A stretch of DNA of 64,000 bases from NCBI GenBank assembly GCA_030445865.1, contig JASUSV010000004.1:10061-74060 (forward strand), written 5' to 3'. A program made the position numbers and the translations under genes. The notes below the pieces were generated by a model. That model ran no database searches. It was given only the letters and a program-made list of their open reading frames with translations, and was not told the origin of the DNA. This document shows, piece by piece, positions 8,721-17,698 of the stretch. Position 1 is the stretch's first letter. Each line of letters starts with the position of its first letter. This stretch comes from Clostridia bacterium (GTDB lineage Bacteria; Bacillota; DSM-521; Neomoorellales; Neomoorellaceae).

Positions 8721-9524
8721 ATGCTGTTGAGCTCCCGGGAGAAGACTATCCTCCTGGTGGAAGATTCGACTTTAACAAGGTTTTCTTCCAGGAGGGTCCT
8801 GGAGGACAGGGGTTATATCGTGGAAGAAGCCTCCGGCGGCGAAGAAGCGCTGGCCAAAGCGAGGCAGAGGGAAGAGCCTTACGACCTGGTAATCATCGAC
8901 ATCTACCTGCCGGGACTGGACGGGCTGGCCCTGCTGGAAAAGCTGAAAGCCACTCCTGAATACCGCTACGTCCCGGTCATGATGTTTACCTCCGAAACAC
9001 GCATGCCGGTGGTAAAGCGGGCTATAGAGCTCGGGGCCGTAGAATACCTCTGCAAACCCTTTACCGCCGAGCAGCTGGTGCACAGGGTAGAAAAACTCAT
9101 AGGCCCCGGGGTCGGGAAAGGGGAGACGCCCATAGCGCTCCTTCACAGGGTGCTGAAGAACGAAGTCAACAGGGCCGTCAGGGGCAACCTCAAGCTTGCG
9201 CTGGTGCTGGCCAGGCGCGAAGGCCTGGAGAAGGGGAAGATAGAAGAACACGGCAGGCGCGTCCAGCACCGGTTGCGCGGTATTGACACTGTGATAGTGC
9301 TGAGCAGCAGCACCCTGGCTGCCGTCCTGCCCCTTACGGGGGCGGAAGGCGCGCAAGTGGTGGCAAAAAAGATGTCTGCCTGGCTGCCGGGTGAATGGAG
9401 CTTCGGAGTTGCGGTCTACCCGGACAACGGGAAGGACGGAGAAGAACTGTTCAACTACGCCGAGAGTTCCCTTAAAGAGAGTTGGAAAAAAGATGGGGAC
9501 AAGGCCCCACCCCAGGACGGCTGA
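8721..9524 (+). CDS. Response regulator: REC domain plus degenerate GGDEF domain (SSSTL replaces GGDEF; RxxD I-site retained)
   Basis: The REC domain shows LLVEDS..DLVIIDIYLPGLDG..K. The C-terminal part aligns to a GGDEF domain: RGID-TVIVL-SSSTLAAVLPLT against the RxxD-x5-GGDEFavlLP pattern. The ATG at 8721 follows GGGGAGG. Confidence 0.8.
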   Translation: MLLSSREKTILLVEDSTLTRFSSRRVLEDRGYIVEEASGGEEALAKARQREEPYDLVIIDIYLPGLDGLALLEKLKATPEYRYVPVMMFTSETRMPVVKRAIELGAVEYLCKPFTAEQLVHRVEKLIGPGVGKGETPIALLHRVLKNEVNRAVRGNLKLALVLARREGLEKGKIEEHGRRVQHRLRGIDTVIVLSSSTLAAVLPLTGAEGAQVVAKKMSAWLPGEWSFGVAVYPDNGKDGEELFNYAESSLKESWKKDGDKAPPQDG

Positions 9525-9610
9525 GTCCCCGCCTTGAGCGCACAGGCGGCGGCTCCACTCGCCGGTGGGCGCCCTGGTGCGGGACAAGGTTTTGCGGCGG
9601 CGCAGAGGCG

Positions 9611-9644
9611 GCGCGGGGTAGCTTAAAGCCCCGCGTATCTTTTG
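9611..9644 (+). terminator. Intrinsic terminator after the response regulator gene
   Basis: CGCGGGG (9612-9618) pairs with CCCCGCG (9629-9635). The stem is followed by TATCTTTT. Confidence 0.55.
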
Positions 9645-9753
9645 GGGCGCGAAGAACAGGTACCTGCGGCCTGCCAGGGGCTCCCCGCGCAGGACAGGGA
9701 CGCCCGGGTCCTGGGGACCAAAGCCGTGCGCCAGTTCAAAGGGGCGATATTAA

Positions 9754-10632
9754 ATGTCTTTAAAGACCAAGACAGTTCTCACTATATCCACCGTTTTTGC
9801 TTTTCTTGCCCTTGCTTTTTTCGCGGTTTCTCATGTGGTCGCAAATAACATTGCAGCAGAGCTGGAAAGGGATGATATTCACCAGAATATTGAGCGGGCC
9901 CTGCAGGCTCTGGAAAGGGAAATCGTGACGCTGGATAAATTTGCCGAAGATTGGGCCGCATGGGACGACACGTATATATTTGTGGAAGACAGAAACGAGG
10001 AATACATAGAAAAGAACCTGGTCGACAGCACGTTTGAAGTTTTGAGGCTTAATTATGCGGTGTTCATAAACACCAGGGGAGAGATTGTCTACGCCAGAGG
10101 ATATGATCCGGAAGCGGGCGAAGAAATTGCCGTACCTCCAGGCATTGTTGAATATATTTTCAAAAAAGACCCTTTTTCGGTTCAACACGAGGCAGGCGGC
10201 GGCCTTAAAGGGCTGGTAGTAATGCCAGAAGGGCCTGTACTGGTTGCCGCAAGGCCCGTTTTAAAAAGCGACGACAGCGGGCCCGCCCGGGGGACCTTAA
10301 TCTTCGGCCGAATCCTTAGGGACAAGGATTTAAAGGAACTCTCTGAGATCACCCGCCTGCCCCTCTCTTTTCACACGCCGGGAGCCGTAGACTTCCGTGA
10401 CCTGACACCTGCAGGCTTTTTGGAAAACGGGGAGGCGTACTACACCGGGGTTATTTCCCCGCAGGAGAGTGCCGGTTTTGCCGTCATTAAAGACCTTCGG
10501 GGTGAAACCGCCTTAATCCTTCAAGTTAATGCCGAGAGGCGCACTGCCAGAGCGTTCCAGGCTGCAAGAAAGGCCTTCGGCATCTTTCTAGTGCTGGCGG
10601 GGGCCCTGTTCTGCGCACTGGCAGCATTTTGA
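9754..10632 (+). CDS. CHASE4 periplasmic sensor segment with two TM helices; ends at an in-frame TGA and is the N-terminal part of an interrupted gene
   Basis: An N-terminal TM helix, the CHASE4-like DWAAWDDTYIFV region and a second TM helix (GIFLVLAGALFCALAAF) are present. The TGA at 10630-10632 falls exactly where a HAMP domain should begin. Confidence 0.75.
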   Translation: MSLKTKTVLTISTVFAFLALAFFAVSHVVANNIAAELERDDIHQNIERALQALEREIVTLDKFAEDWAAWDDTYIFVEDRNEEYIEKNLVDSTFEVLRLNYAVFINTRGEIVYARGYDPEAGEEIAVPPGIVEYIFKKDPFSVQHEAGGGLKGLVVMPEGPVLVAARPVLKSDDSGPARGTLIFGRILRDKDLKELSEITRLPLSFHTPGAVDFRDLTPAGFLENGEAYYTGVISPQESAGFAVIKDLRGETALILQVNAERRTARAFQAARKAFGIFLVLAGALFCALAAF

Positions 10633-12570
10633 CTGGACAGAATTGTCATATCCCGACTGATAAAGCTGACCGGTGATGTAACAAACACAGGCAATAATTC
10701 CGCCTTTCTCCAAAGGGTTCAAGTTCTGGAGGGAAAGGATGAGCTTGCCCTTCTGTCCGTTGAAATCAACAAAATGTTGGACAGGCTGGAGGAGTACCGG
10801 CAAGAGATACATGAGAGGGAAAAGAAATATAGAGAGGTGGTGGAAAACGCCGCTGAAGCCATTGTTGTGGTCCAGGACGGTGTGGTCAAATTCGTCAACC
10901 GGGCGGCAGCGAAACATACGGGATACGCAGAAGAGGAGCTTATTTCAAACCCTCTTGCCAACTTCATCCACCCGGAAGACAGGAATGCGGTAACGGAACA
11001 TTGCAGGGAGTTGCTTGAAGGCAAGCGTGTCTTATACGCATTTCCGTTCAGGATAATAGCCAGAAACGGGAGTGTCAGGTGGGCGGAAACAAACTCCGTG
11101 GTGTGCGAATGGGAGGGGCGGCCCGCCACTTTAAATTTTCTCACCGATATTACCGCTCGCAAGTTGCTGGAAGAAGAGCTGCAGAGGTTGATGGCAGAAA
11201 AATCGCTAATTCTTGACAGCCTTGCGGAGCTGGTTGTATTTCTGGACCGCGATATGCACATTATCTGGGCCAACCGTGCGGCTGGCGAATCCGTTGGCGC
11301 CAGTCCCGAAGCCCTCTGGGGAGGGAAATGCCACGAAATATGGCACGGGAGGAGTTCTCCCTGCGAGGGCTGTCCGGTCGTCCGGGCCATGGAGACCGGC
11401 CAGGTATGCGCGGGTGAGATGGCCTCCCCGGACGGCCGCTTCTGGCATATAACGGCCTCTCCCGTCAGGGATAAAAACGGAAACGTTGTGGGCGCGGTTG
11501 AAGCAACTCTGGATATCACCGAGCGCAGGCGATACGAGGAACAGCTGAAATACTTAAGCCTGCACGACCTGCTGACGGGCCTTTACAACCGGGCCTTTTT
11601 CCAGGAGGAGCTCAGGCGCTTGTCCTCCAGCCGGGAATACCCGATAACAATACTGGTGGCGGACCTGGACGGCCTGAAACTGGTTAACGACACCCTGGGC
11701 CATGCCAAAGGCGATGAGATGTTAAAGGCCTGCGCGGATGTTTTGAGAACCTCCCTCCGCCGCTCTGATATCCTTGCCCGCATAGGAGGCGACGAATTTG
11801 CCGCCCTTTTGCCCAGAACAGGTGAAAAAACTGGGGAAGATATTGGGTGCCGGATACGCTCCCGTATCTATGGCTACAACAAAGAACACCCCGAGCTGCC
11901 CCTGCACCTGTCCATAGGCTTTGCCACGTGCCAAAGCGAGGATGAATCTCTCGAAGATACCTTTAAGCAGGCCGACGACCTCATGTACCGCCACAAGCTT
12001 GTGCACAGGGCCAGCGCGCGGAACCAGATTGTCGGCGCCCTGCTGGCAGCCTTGAAAGAAAAAGATTACATCACTGCGGGGCATGCTCAGCGGCTGGAGG
12101 AATTGTGCTTAAAAATGGGGGAAAAGATAGGTCTTTCTCCCCGGCAGATGGCCGACCTGGCCCTGCTGGCGCAGGTCCATGACCTGGGCAAAGTTGCCGT
12201 ACCGGACAGCATCTTGTTCAAGAAAGGCCCGCTTACAGAGGAAGAATGGGAGGTCATGCGCCGGCACCCCGAAAAGGGCTACCGCATCGCCCTTTCCTCA
12301 CCCGACCTTGCCGGGGTGGCAGATTTAATTCTCAAGCATCATGAAAGATGGGACGGCAGCGGCTATCCCCTGGGGCTAAAGGGCGAAGAGATACCTGTAG
12401 AATGCCGCATCCTGTCCATTGTCGATGCCTTTGACGCTATGACCAGCGAGCGGCCCTACAGGAAGCCCAAAAGTAAAGAAGGGGCGATCATAGAGCTTAA
12501 AAGGTGTGCGGGAAGCCAGTTTGACCCGCAACTGGTTGATATCTTTGTTTCCATGTTTTCGGCGGCATGA
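10633..12570 (+). CDS. HAMP-PAS-PAS-GGDEF-HD-GYP c-di-GMP turnover protein (C-terminal part of the interrupted gene; first Met at 10774)
   Basis: It is in the same frame as 9754..10632, with no other stop between them. The HAMP-like segment LDRIVISRLIKLTGDV..DELALLSVEINKMLDRLEE is followed by two PAS domains. The GGDEF motif is intact (RIGGDEFAALLP), as is the HD-GYP domain (VHDLGK..HHERWDGSGYP). Confidence 0.8.
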   Translation: MDRIVISRLIKLTGDVTNTGNNSAFLQRVQVLEGKDELALLSVEINKMLDRLEEYRQEIHEREKKYREVVENAAEAIVVVQDGVVKFVNRAAAKHTGYAEEELISNPLANFIHPEDRNAVTEHCRELLEGKRVLYAFPFRIIARNGSVRWAETNSVVCEWEGRPATLNFLTDITARKLLEEELQRLMAEKSLILDSLAELVVFLDRDMHIIWANRAAGESVGASPEALWGGKCHEIWHGRSSPCEGCPVVRAMETGQVCAGEMASPDGRFWHITASPVRDKNGNVVGAVEATLDITERRRYEEQLKYLSLHDLLTGLYNRAFFQEELRRLSSSREYPITILVADLDGLKLVNDTLGHAKGDEMLKACADVLRTSLRRSDILARIGGDEFAALLPRTGEKTGEDIGCRIRSRIYGYNKEHPELPLHLSIGFATCQSEDESLEDTFKQADDLMYRHKLVHRASARNQIVGALLAALKEKDYITAGHAQRLEELCLKMGEKIGLSPRQMADLALLAQVHDLGKVAVPDSILFKKGPLTEEEWEVMRRHPEKGYRIALSSPDLAGVADLILKHHERWDGSGYPLGLKGEEIPVECRILSIVDAFDAMTSERPYRKPKSKEGAIIELKRCAGSQFDPQLVDIFVSMFSAA

Positions 12571-12796
12571 GTGATACTGCACAGCGTGCTACCCAGAGTT
12601 AACCATAATTGACTGCGACCGACTGTTGCGTTACCATAGGACCGTGGAACTTTTATCCATCGGTGAAGCGGCAAAGAAATTAGGTGCGCATCCGAACCGC
12701 TCCGGGCGTGGGGGAAGCAGGGGAACATCGCCGGAATATATTATATATTGCCGGGGTTACTACGGCGTGGTTGTAATGGTAGAATAAGCTGGAGAG

Positions 12797-14536
12797 GTGT
12801 TAGAAGTGGCAGCGCAACGGCGGCGGCTGGGCGATCTCCTTGTCGAGACCGGCCTGCTAACTCCGTCCCAGCTCGAGCGGGCGCTTCAGGAGCAGAAAAG
12901 GACCGGCGAGAGGCTGGGTAAAATTTTAGTTCGCCTGGGATTTTTAAGCGAGAGAGACATCCTGGAGGCCCTGGAATTTCAGCTGGGAATTCCCAAGGTG
13001 AACCTGGAAGACTACCGCCTGGACCCGGAAGTAGTGGGCTTAATACCGGAAGAGCTGGCCCGGCGGCATATGGCCGTTCCTGTAAAGAAAGACGGTAATC
13101 GGCTTTTAGTGGCTATGGCCGATCCCCTTAACCTTCTGGCCATCGATGACCTGCGCCTGGCCACCCGCATGGAAATCCTGCCGGCCATAGCCACCGAAAA
13201 GGAGATCCAGGCAGCCCTCTCCATTTACCAGCAGAACCGGGCCAAGCAGGCAAAATGGGCCCAACTGGCAGATCTGGCCGAAACGGCCGCCGGCCTCGCC
13301 GCCGAAGCCGCGGCCGGGGCGCCTTCGCGGGAGATATTTAATTTGGACGGGGCAGGCGCCGCCAGCTCAGACGGCGCGCCTGTAGTGCGGCTGGTAAATA
13401 ACCTTATCGCCCAGGCCGTGCAGGTTAAGGCCAGCGATATCCACTTGGAGCCCCAGGGCGAAAGGATCCGCGTTCGCTTCCGGGTTGATGGACTGCTGCG
13501 CGAGGTGGCCCAGCTTCCCTTAAGCGCTTTGAGCAGCCTCGTCTCCCGCATCAAGATCATGGGCGGTATGGATATTGCCGAAAAAAGGCTGCCTCAAGAC
13601 GGCCGCTTCCAGGTGACGCTGGAAGGCCGTAACATCGACCTGCGCGTTTCTACCCTGCCGGCCGTTTACGGCGAGAAGGTGGTTTTACGCATCCTCGATA
13701 AGGAGGCCATGATGATCCCTTTGGAAGGCCTAGGCTTTTTGCCTTCCCTCCGCGAGCGCTATGAGGCCTTAATCCGGAGCACTTACGGCATGATCCTTAT
13801 TACCGGGCCTACCGGTAGCGGCAAGACGACGACCCTTTACGCCACCCTCAAGGCTTTAAACACCCCGGAAAAGAATATCGTTACTATCGAGGACCCGGTA
13901 GAATACCTGCTGGAAGGCATAAATCAGGTGCGGGTTAACCCTAAAGCAGGGTTGGATTTCGCTTCCGGCCTGCGCTCCATTTTGCGCCAGGACCCGGACA
14001 TTATCATGGTCGGTGAAATCCGCGACCGGGAGACGGCCGACATTGCCGTCCGCGCCGCCACTACCGGCCATCTCGTTTTAAGTACCCTGCATACCAATGA
14101 TGCCGCCGGTGCGGTGACCAGGCTGGTTGATATGGGAGTGGAGCCCTTTCTAGTAAATTCATCTTTAATTGGGGTCGTGGCCCAGCGGCTGGTGCGGCTG
14201 ATTTGCCCCCACTGTAAGGAAGAGTATCTGCCTGCCCCCGGGACGCCGGAATACGCTTATTTGCAGGGCGAGGGCGAAATTACCTCCCTGTATCGCGGTC
14301 GCGGCTGCCCGGCCTGCAACTACACGGGTTATCGGGGGCGGACGGCCATCCAGGAGGTGCTGGTTATGACCGAGAGACTTCGCTCCCTCGTCTCTGCCAA
14401 AGAGCCTTCAGTAATCATTCGTAAGGCGGCTATAGAAGAGGGCATGATTCCCCTGCACCGCGACGGGTTATATAAAGCCAGGCAGGGTTTGACCACGGTG
14501 AGCGAAGTAATGCGCGTTGCCCTGGGCGGTTTTTAA
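12797..14536 (+). CDS. pilB: Type IV pilus assembly ATPase PilB/GspE with N-terminal MshEN domain
   Basis: Walker A GPTGSGKTT, a tetracysteine site (CPHC..CPAC) and two N-terminal RLGxxLVxxG(L/F)Lxxxx(L/I)xxxLxxQ motifs are present. Confidence 0.92.
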   Translation: MLEVAAQRRRLGDLLVETGLLTPSQLERALQEQKRTGERLGKILVRLGFLSERDILEALEFQLGIPKVNLEDYRLDPEVVGLIPEELARRHMAVPVKKDGNRLLVAMADPLNLLAIDDLRLATRMEILPAIATEKEIQAALSIYQQNRAKQAKWAQLADLAETAAGLAAEAAAGAPSREIFNLDGAGAASSDGAPVVRLVNNLIAQAVQVKASDIHLEPQGERIRVRFRVDGLLREVAQLPLSALSSLVSRIKIMGGMDIAEKRLPQDGRFQVTLEGRNIDLRVSTLPAVYGEKVVLRILDKEAMMIPLEGLGFLPSLRERYEALIRSTYGMILITGPTGSGKTTTLYATLKALNTPEKNIVTIEDPVEYLLEGINQVRVNPKAGLDFASGLRSILRQDPDIIMVGEIRDRETADIAVRAATTGHLVLSTLHTNDAAGAVTRLVDMGVEPFLVNSSLIGVVAQRLVRLICPHCKEEYLPAPGTPEYAYLQGEGEITSLYRGRGCPACNYTGYRGRTAIQEVLVMTERLRSLVSAKEPSVIIRKAAIEEGMIPLHRDGLYKARQGLTTVSEVMRVALGGF

Positions 14537-14551
14537 AAAGGTGGAACGGCA

Positions 14552-15559
14552 ATGGACATACGAGATATACTTCAAGCGGCAGCAGCAAAAGGGGCTTCTG
14601 ACGTTCACCTTACTGTGGGTTTGCCGCCGGTTTTTCGTTACCTGGGAGAGTTGCTGCCCCAGGAGAACTGGCCGCCTCTGCAGACGGCAGTAACCGAAGA
14701 ACTGGCCAGGCAGTTGCTCGGGGAAAGATGGCCGGAATTTGCCACGCAGGGCGAACTGGATTTCGCTTACTCTCTTTCCGGAATTGGGCGTTTCCGGGTA
14801 AATGTTTTCCGCCAGCGGGGGAGCGTTGCTGCGGCCATCCGCCTGATCCCTGCGAGGGTACCCAGTTTAGAGGAACTGGGCCTGCCCCCGGTGGTAGGGG
14901 AGCTGGCCGACCAGCCCCACGGCCTGGTCCTGGTTACCGGGCCTACCGGTAGCGGTAAGACCACTACGCTGGCGGCCATGATCGATCGGATTAATCATCA
15001 GCGCAGCTGTCATATAATTACTCTGGAGGACCCCATAGAGTACCTGCACCAGCACAAAAAGAGCATGGTCAACCAGCGGGAGATAGGGAGCGATTCTCCT
15101 TCCTTTGCGAGCGCTTTGAGGGCTGCCCTGCGCCAGGACCCTGACGTTATTCTGGTGGGCGAGATGCGGGACCTGGAGACGGTGGCCACGGCCATTACGG
15201 CTGCCGAAACCGGGCACCTCGTGTTGACTACCCTGCATACCAGCAGCGCCGTCCAGAGCGTTGACCGCATTATTGACGTCTTCCCTCCGCACCAGCAGGG
15301 CCAGATAAGGATCCAGTTAGCTGATACTCTGGCCGGAGTTATTACTCAACAATTATTACCCCGCGCCGATGGTAAAGGCCGGGTGGCGGCGGTTGAAGTT
15401 CTCATTGCTACTCCAGCTGTACGCAATCTTATAAGGGAAGGTAAAACCCACCAGATTGTTTCTGCCATGCAGACGGGCGGCCGTTTCGGAATGCAGACCA
15501 TGGAGATGTCGCTAAAGCAATTGTCTGCTAGGGGAATAATTGACCTGGATCATGGTTAA
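14552..15559 (+). CDS. pilT: Twitching-motility (retraction) ATPase PilT
   Basis: The length is 335 aa. GPTGSGKTTT, the Asp box and the segment TLHTSSA are present, as in the PilT family. Confidence 0.9.
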   Translation: MDIRDILQAAAAKGASDVHLTVGLPPVFRYLGELLPQENWPPLQTAVTEELARQLLGERWPEFATQGELDFAYSLSGIGRFRVNVFRQRGSVAAAIRLIPARVPSLEELGLPPVVGELADQPHGLVLVTGPTGSGKTTTLAAMIDRINHQRSCHIITLEDPIEYLHQHKKSMVNQREIGSDSPSFASALRAALRQDPDVILVGEMRDLETVATAITAAETGHLVLTTLHTSSAVQSVDRIIDVFPPHQQGQIRIQLADTLAGVITQQLLPRADGKGRVAAVEVLIATPAVRNLIREGKTHQIVSAMQTGGRFGMQTMEMSLKQLSARGIIDLDHG

Positions 15560-15745
15560 ACAAGAAGGAATTTGGCTAATTTTGGCGAATTAAATGGTAT
15601 CCCTGTTAAGGGCAAACCTGGCGAAAGCCGGGGGCGCAAAGCTACGGGCCTAAGGGTGAAAATGCCTATGGCCGCCGGGCTGCCGGGGGAACTGGTTCTT
15701 CCGCAGCGGCTCGGCGCGTCTTTTTTCTGGCGGTGTAGTGTAGAT

Positions 15746-16957
15746 ATGGCGATTTTCAGTTATCGTGCCCGCGATGCTTCAGGTCGAGCGGTGGCTGGTT
15801 CTGTGGAAGCGGAAAATGAGGCGGTCGTTGTTCGACAACTAAGGGAGAAGGGCTTATTTGTCATTGATGTTCGCCCTGCGCGGACGCGGTTTGCCGTAAA
15901 TCTAAAACGCGCTCTTTTACGTCGCCTTGGAAGGCGAGATCTCTCGGTTTTTTGCCGGCAGCTAGCCACCATGTTGGGGGCAGGATTGCCTATTGTCTCG
16001 GCTCTCCAAATCCTGGCGAGGCAGGCTGAGAATAAAGTATTGCGCCAGAGCATTGAAGAGATCTTAAGGGACCTCGAAGGGGGTGGTGCTTTTCACGAAG
16101 CGTTGGGGCGGTTGCAGGGCCTTTTTCCCCCAATTATGGTACACGGAGTGGAGGCGGGTGAGGTCGGAGGGTCTCTCGATGAAACCCTCGAAGAGTTAGC
16201 TGCCCACCTGGAGCGCGAGCATGAGATTGAGGAGAAGGTTAAGTCGGCTCTCACCTATCCTGCCATAGTTGTGTCGGTAGCTATAGCAGTCCTGATTTTC
16301 TTACTGACGTTCGTGCTCCCGGCTTTTCAAAATATGTTGAACGATTTGGGTGTGCCCTTGCCGCTTCCCACTGTGGTAGTGCTGAGTATCAGTAGAGCTC
16401 TCCGGCAGGGTTGGTTTATCCTGACTTTGGTTATAGGTGTACTGGCGTACGCGGTCTACCGTATCCTCAAGATAGAAACCGTGAGATACCGCCTGGACAG
16501 CATTTTGCTGAAGCTGCCGGTATTTGGGCCGCTTCACCATAAGGCTGTTTTGTCCCGCTTTAGTCGTACTCTGGGCACGCTGCTGCGGAGCGGGGTACCG
16601 ATTCTCCAGGCCATGGAAGTAGTGCGGCGTACCGCTGGAAACCGGGTGGTAGCGGAAGCGGTAGCGCGGGCGCAGGAGAGTATTCGCGATGGAAGGGGTA
16701 TCGCCGGCCCGCTGGAAGAGAGCGGTCTTTTCCCCCCCATGGTTGTGGGGATGATCGCTGTGGGCGAAGAAACCGGTGCCCTGGATTCTCTTCTAGGGAA
16801 AATCAGCGCTTTCTACGACCGGGAAATCGGGGAGACTGTCGGTCGCCTGTCCTCGCTGATAGAACCATTATTGATCGTCATGTTGGGTGCGGCAGTGGGA
16901 TTTATTGTGATTTCTATATTGCTGCCGTATTTCCAGATGCTGGGGAACATCAGATAA
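15746..16957 (+). CDS. pilC: Type IV pilus platform protein PilC (GspF family)
   Basis: There are two GspF repeats and three TM segments. The family-typical N-terminus MAIFSYRARDASGR begins at the ATG at 15746. The ORF is open from 15572, but that extension is not family-like. Confidence 0.88.
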   Translation: MAIFSYRARDASGRAVAGSVEAENEAVVVRQLREKGLFVIDVRPARTRFAVNLKRALLRRLGRRDLSVFCRQLATMLGAGLPIVSALQILARQAENKVLRQSIEEILRDLEGGGAFHEALGRLQGLFPPIMVHGVEAGEVGGSLDETLEELAAHLEREHEIEEKVKSALTYPAIVVSVAIAVLIFLLTFVLPAFQNMLNDLGVPLPLPTVVVLSISRALRQGWFILTLVIGVLAYAVYRILKIETVRYRLDSILLKLPVFGPLHHKAVLSRFSRTLGTLLRSGVPILQAMEVVRRTAGNRVVAEAVARAQESIRDGRGIAGPLEESGLFPPMVVGMIAVGEETGALDSLLGKISAFYDREIGETVGRLSSLIEPLLIVMLGAAVGFIVISILLPYFQMLGNIR

Positions 16958-17062
16958 TGTTATGTTGAAGGGGGTTGGAACTGAGCAGCGAAGATACTGC
17001 GGTACCCTGGGCTACCATGTTTATAAAACAAATTAATATTCTATTAGGAGGTATTATTTATT

Positions 17063-17554
17063 ATGCGGAAAAAAGTGAGAGATGAGCGCGGTTTTACCCT
17101 GGTGGAACTGCTGGTGGTCATCGCCATCATCGGCATCCTGGCCGCCATAATCCTACCCAACGCCTTCAAGGCCATTGAGAAGGGCAAGGTGGCGGCAGCG
17201 GAAGCGGACTACAAGGCGATTAAGGCCGCGGCGCTGAATTACTATACTGATACTGGTGTATGGCCTACAGACGGTGCAGGTAACACGGGATTTGTGACTG
17301 CACCTACGCCATCGGTATCTGGCTGGAACGGCCCTTATCTTGAGCGCTGGCCGAGCAAGAACCCGTGGGGTGGCAAATACTATTACATCAAAGATGGCGA
17401 CTGGGATTTCGATAATGATGATGATTCAGGTTACAGGTTCTTACAGTTGGACAATGTTCCGTCCAGCGCCATAAGCAGGTTAGAGAGTGACCTTGGGAGC
17501 GACGTTGTAAAAACAGATAATAACAAGATTAACATCCTCATCTCTAAAGACTAA
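17063..17554 (+). CDS. pilA: Type IV pilin / GspG-like major pilin, paralog 1
   Basis: The prepilin signal RG|[19 protein letters not shown] and the GspG-like motif [14 protein letters not shown] are present. A strong RBS, AGGAGG, precedes the start. Confidence 0.88.
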   Translation: MRKKVRDERGFTLVELLVVIAIIGILAAIILPNAFKAIEKGKVAAAEADYKAIKAAALNYYTDTGVWPTDGAGNTGFVTAPTPSVSGWNGPYLERWPSKNPWGGKYYYIKDGDWDFDNDDDSGYRFLQLDNVPSSAISRLESDLGSDVVKTDNNKINILISKD

Positions 17555-17698
17555 GGTTACGATGTGCTAAAAGAAACTCGGAATTGTGGTTGGGTCTACG
17601 ATAAGTGTTTAGAAACTGTTTTGTGATACGAATAAAGCATTATATGGCTGAAAACAGTCGGTGATCGACAACAAGGGGCAGCTGGGCCTGCTTTACAC

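Noticed and set aside
8772-9587. Long antisense ORFs in the track, for example 8772..9587(-), 10719..11519(-), 21967..22731(-), 26659..27636(-), 36204..37148(-), 46085..46936(-) and 60167..60583(+)
   Set aside because: Each lies entirely opposite a gene with strong family motifs. Their translations are Arg/Pro/Gly/Ser-rich and low in complexity, as expected for open antisense frames in GC-rich DNA. None has a recognisable motif or RBS.
10630-10632. The TGA as a selenocysteine codon
   Set aside because: The codon sits at the membrane/HAMP junction of a signalling protein, where no redox-active residue is expected. No obvious SECIS-like hairpin follows immediately downstream. A Trp-to-stop change or a sequencing error is simpler.
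15572-15745. N-terminal extensions of several ORF-track entries: pilC from 15572, aroQ from 29593, pilin 3 from 18399, the response regulator from 8673, sdhC from 47013 and spoIIIAC from 34078
   Set aside because: The extensions are not family-like. Internal starts with good RBS coincide with the conserved N-termini.
16958-17062. c-di-GMP riboswitch upstream of the major pilin, as in some Clostridia
   Set aside because: The leader is only ~100 nt, and I could not find GEMM-I or GEMM-II core sequences (for example ACGCAAAGC or ACGCACAGGGCAAACC-like). The same holds for 9525-9753 and 12571-12796.
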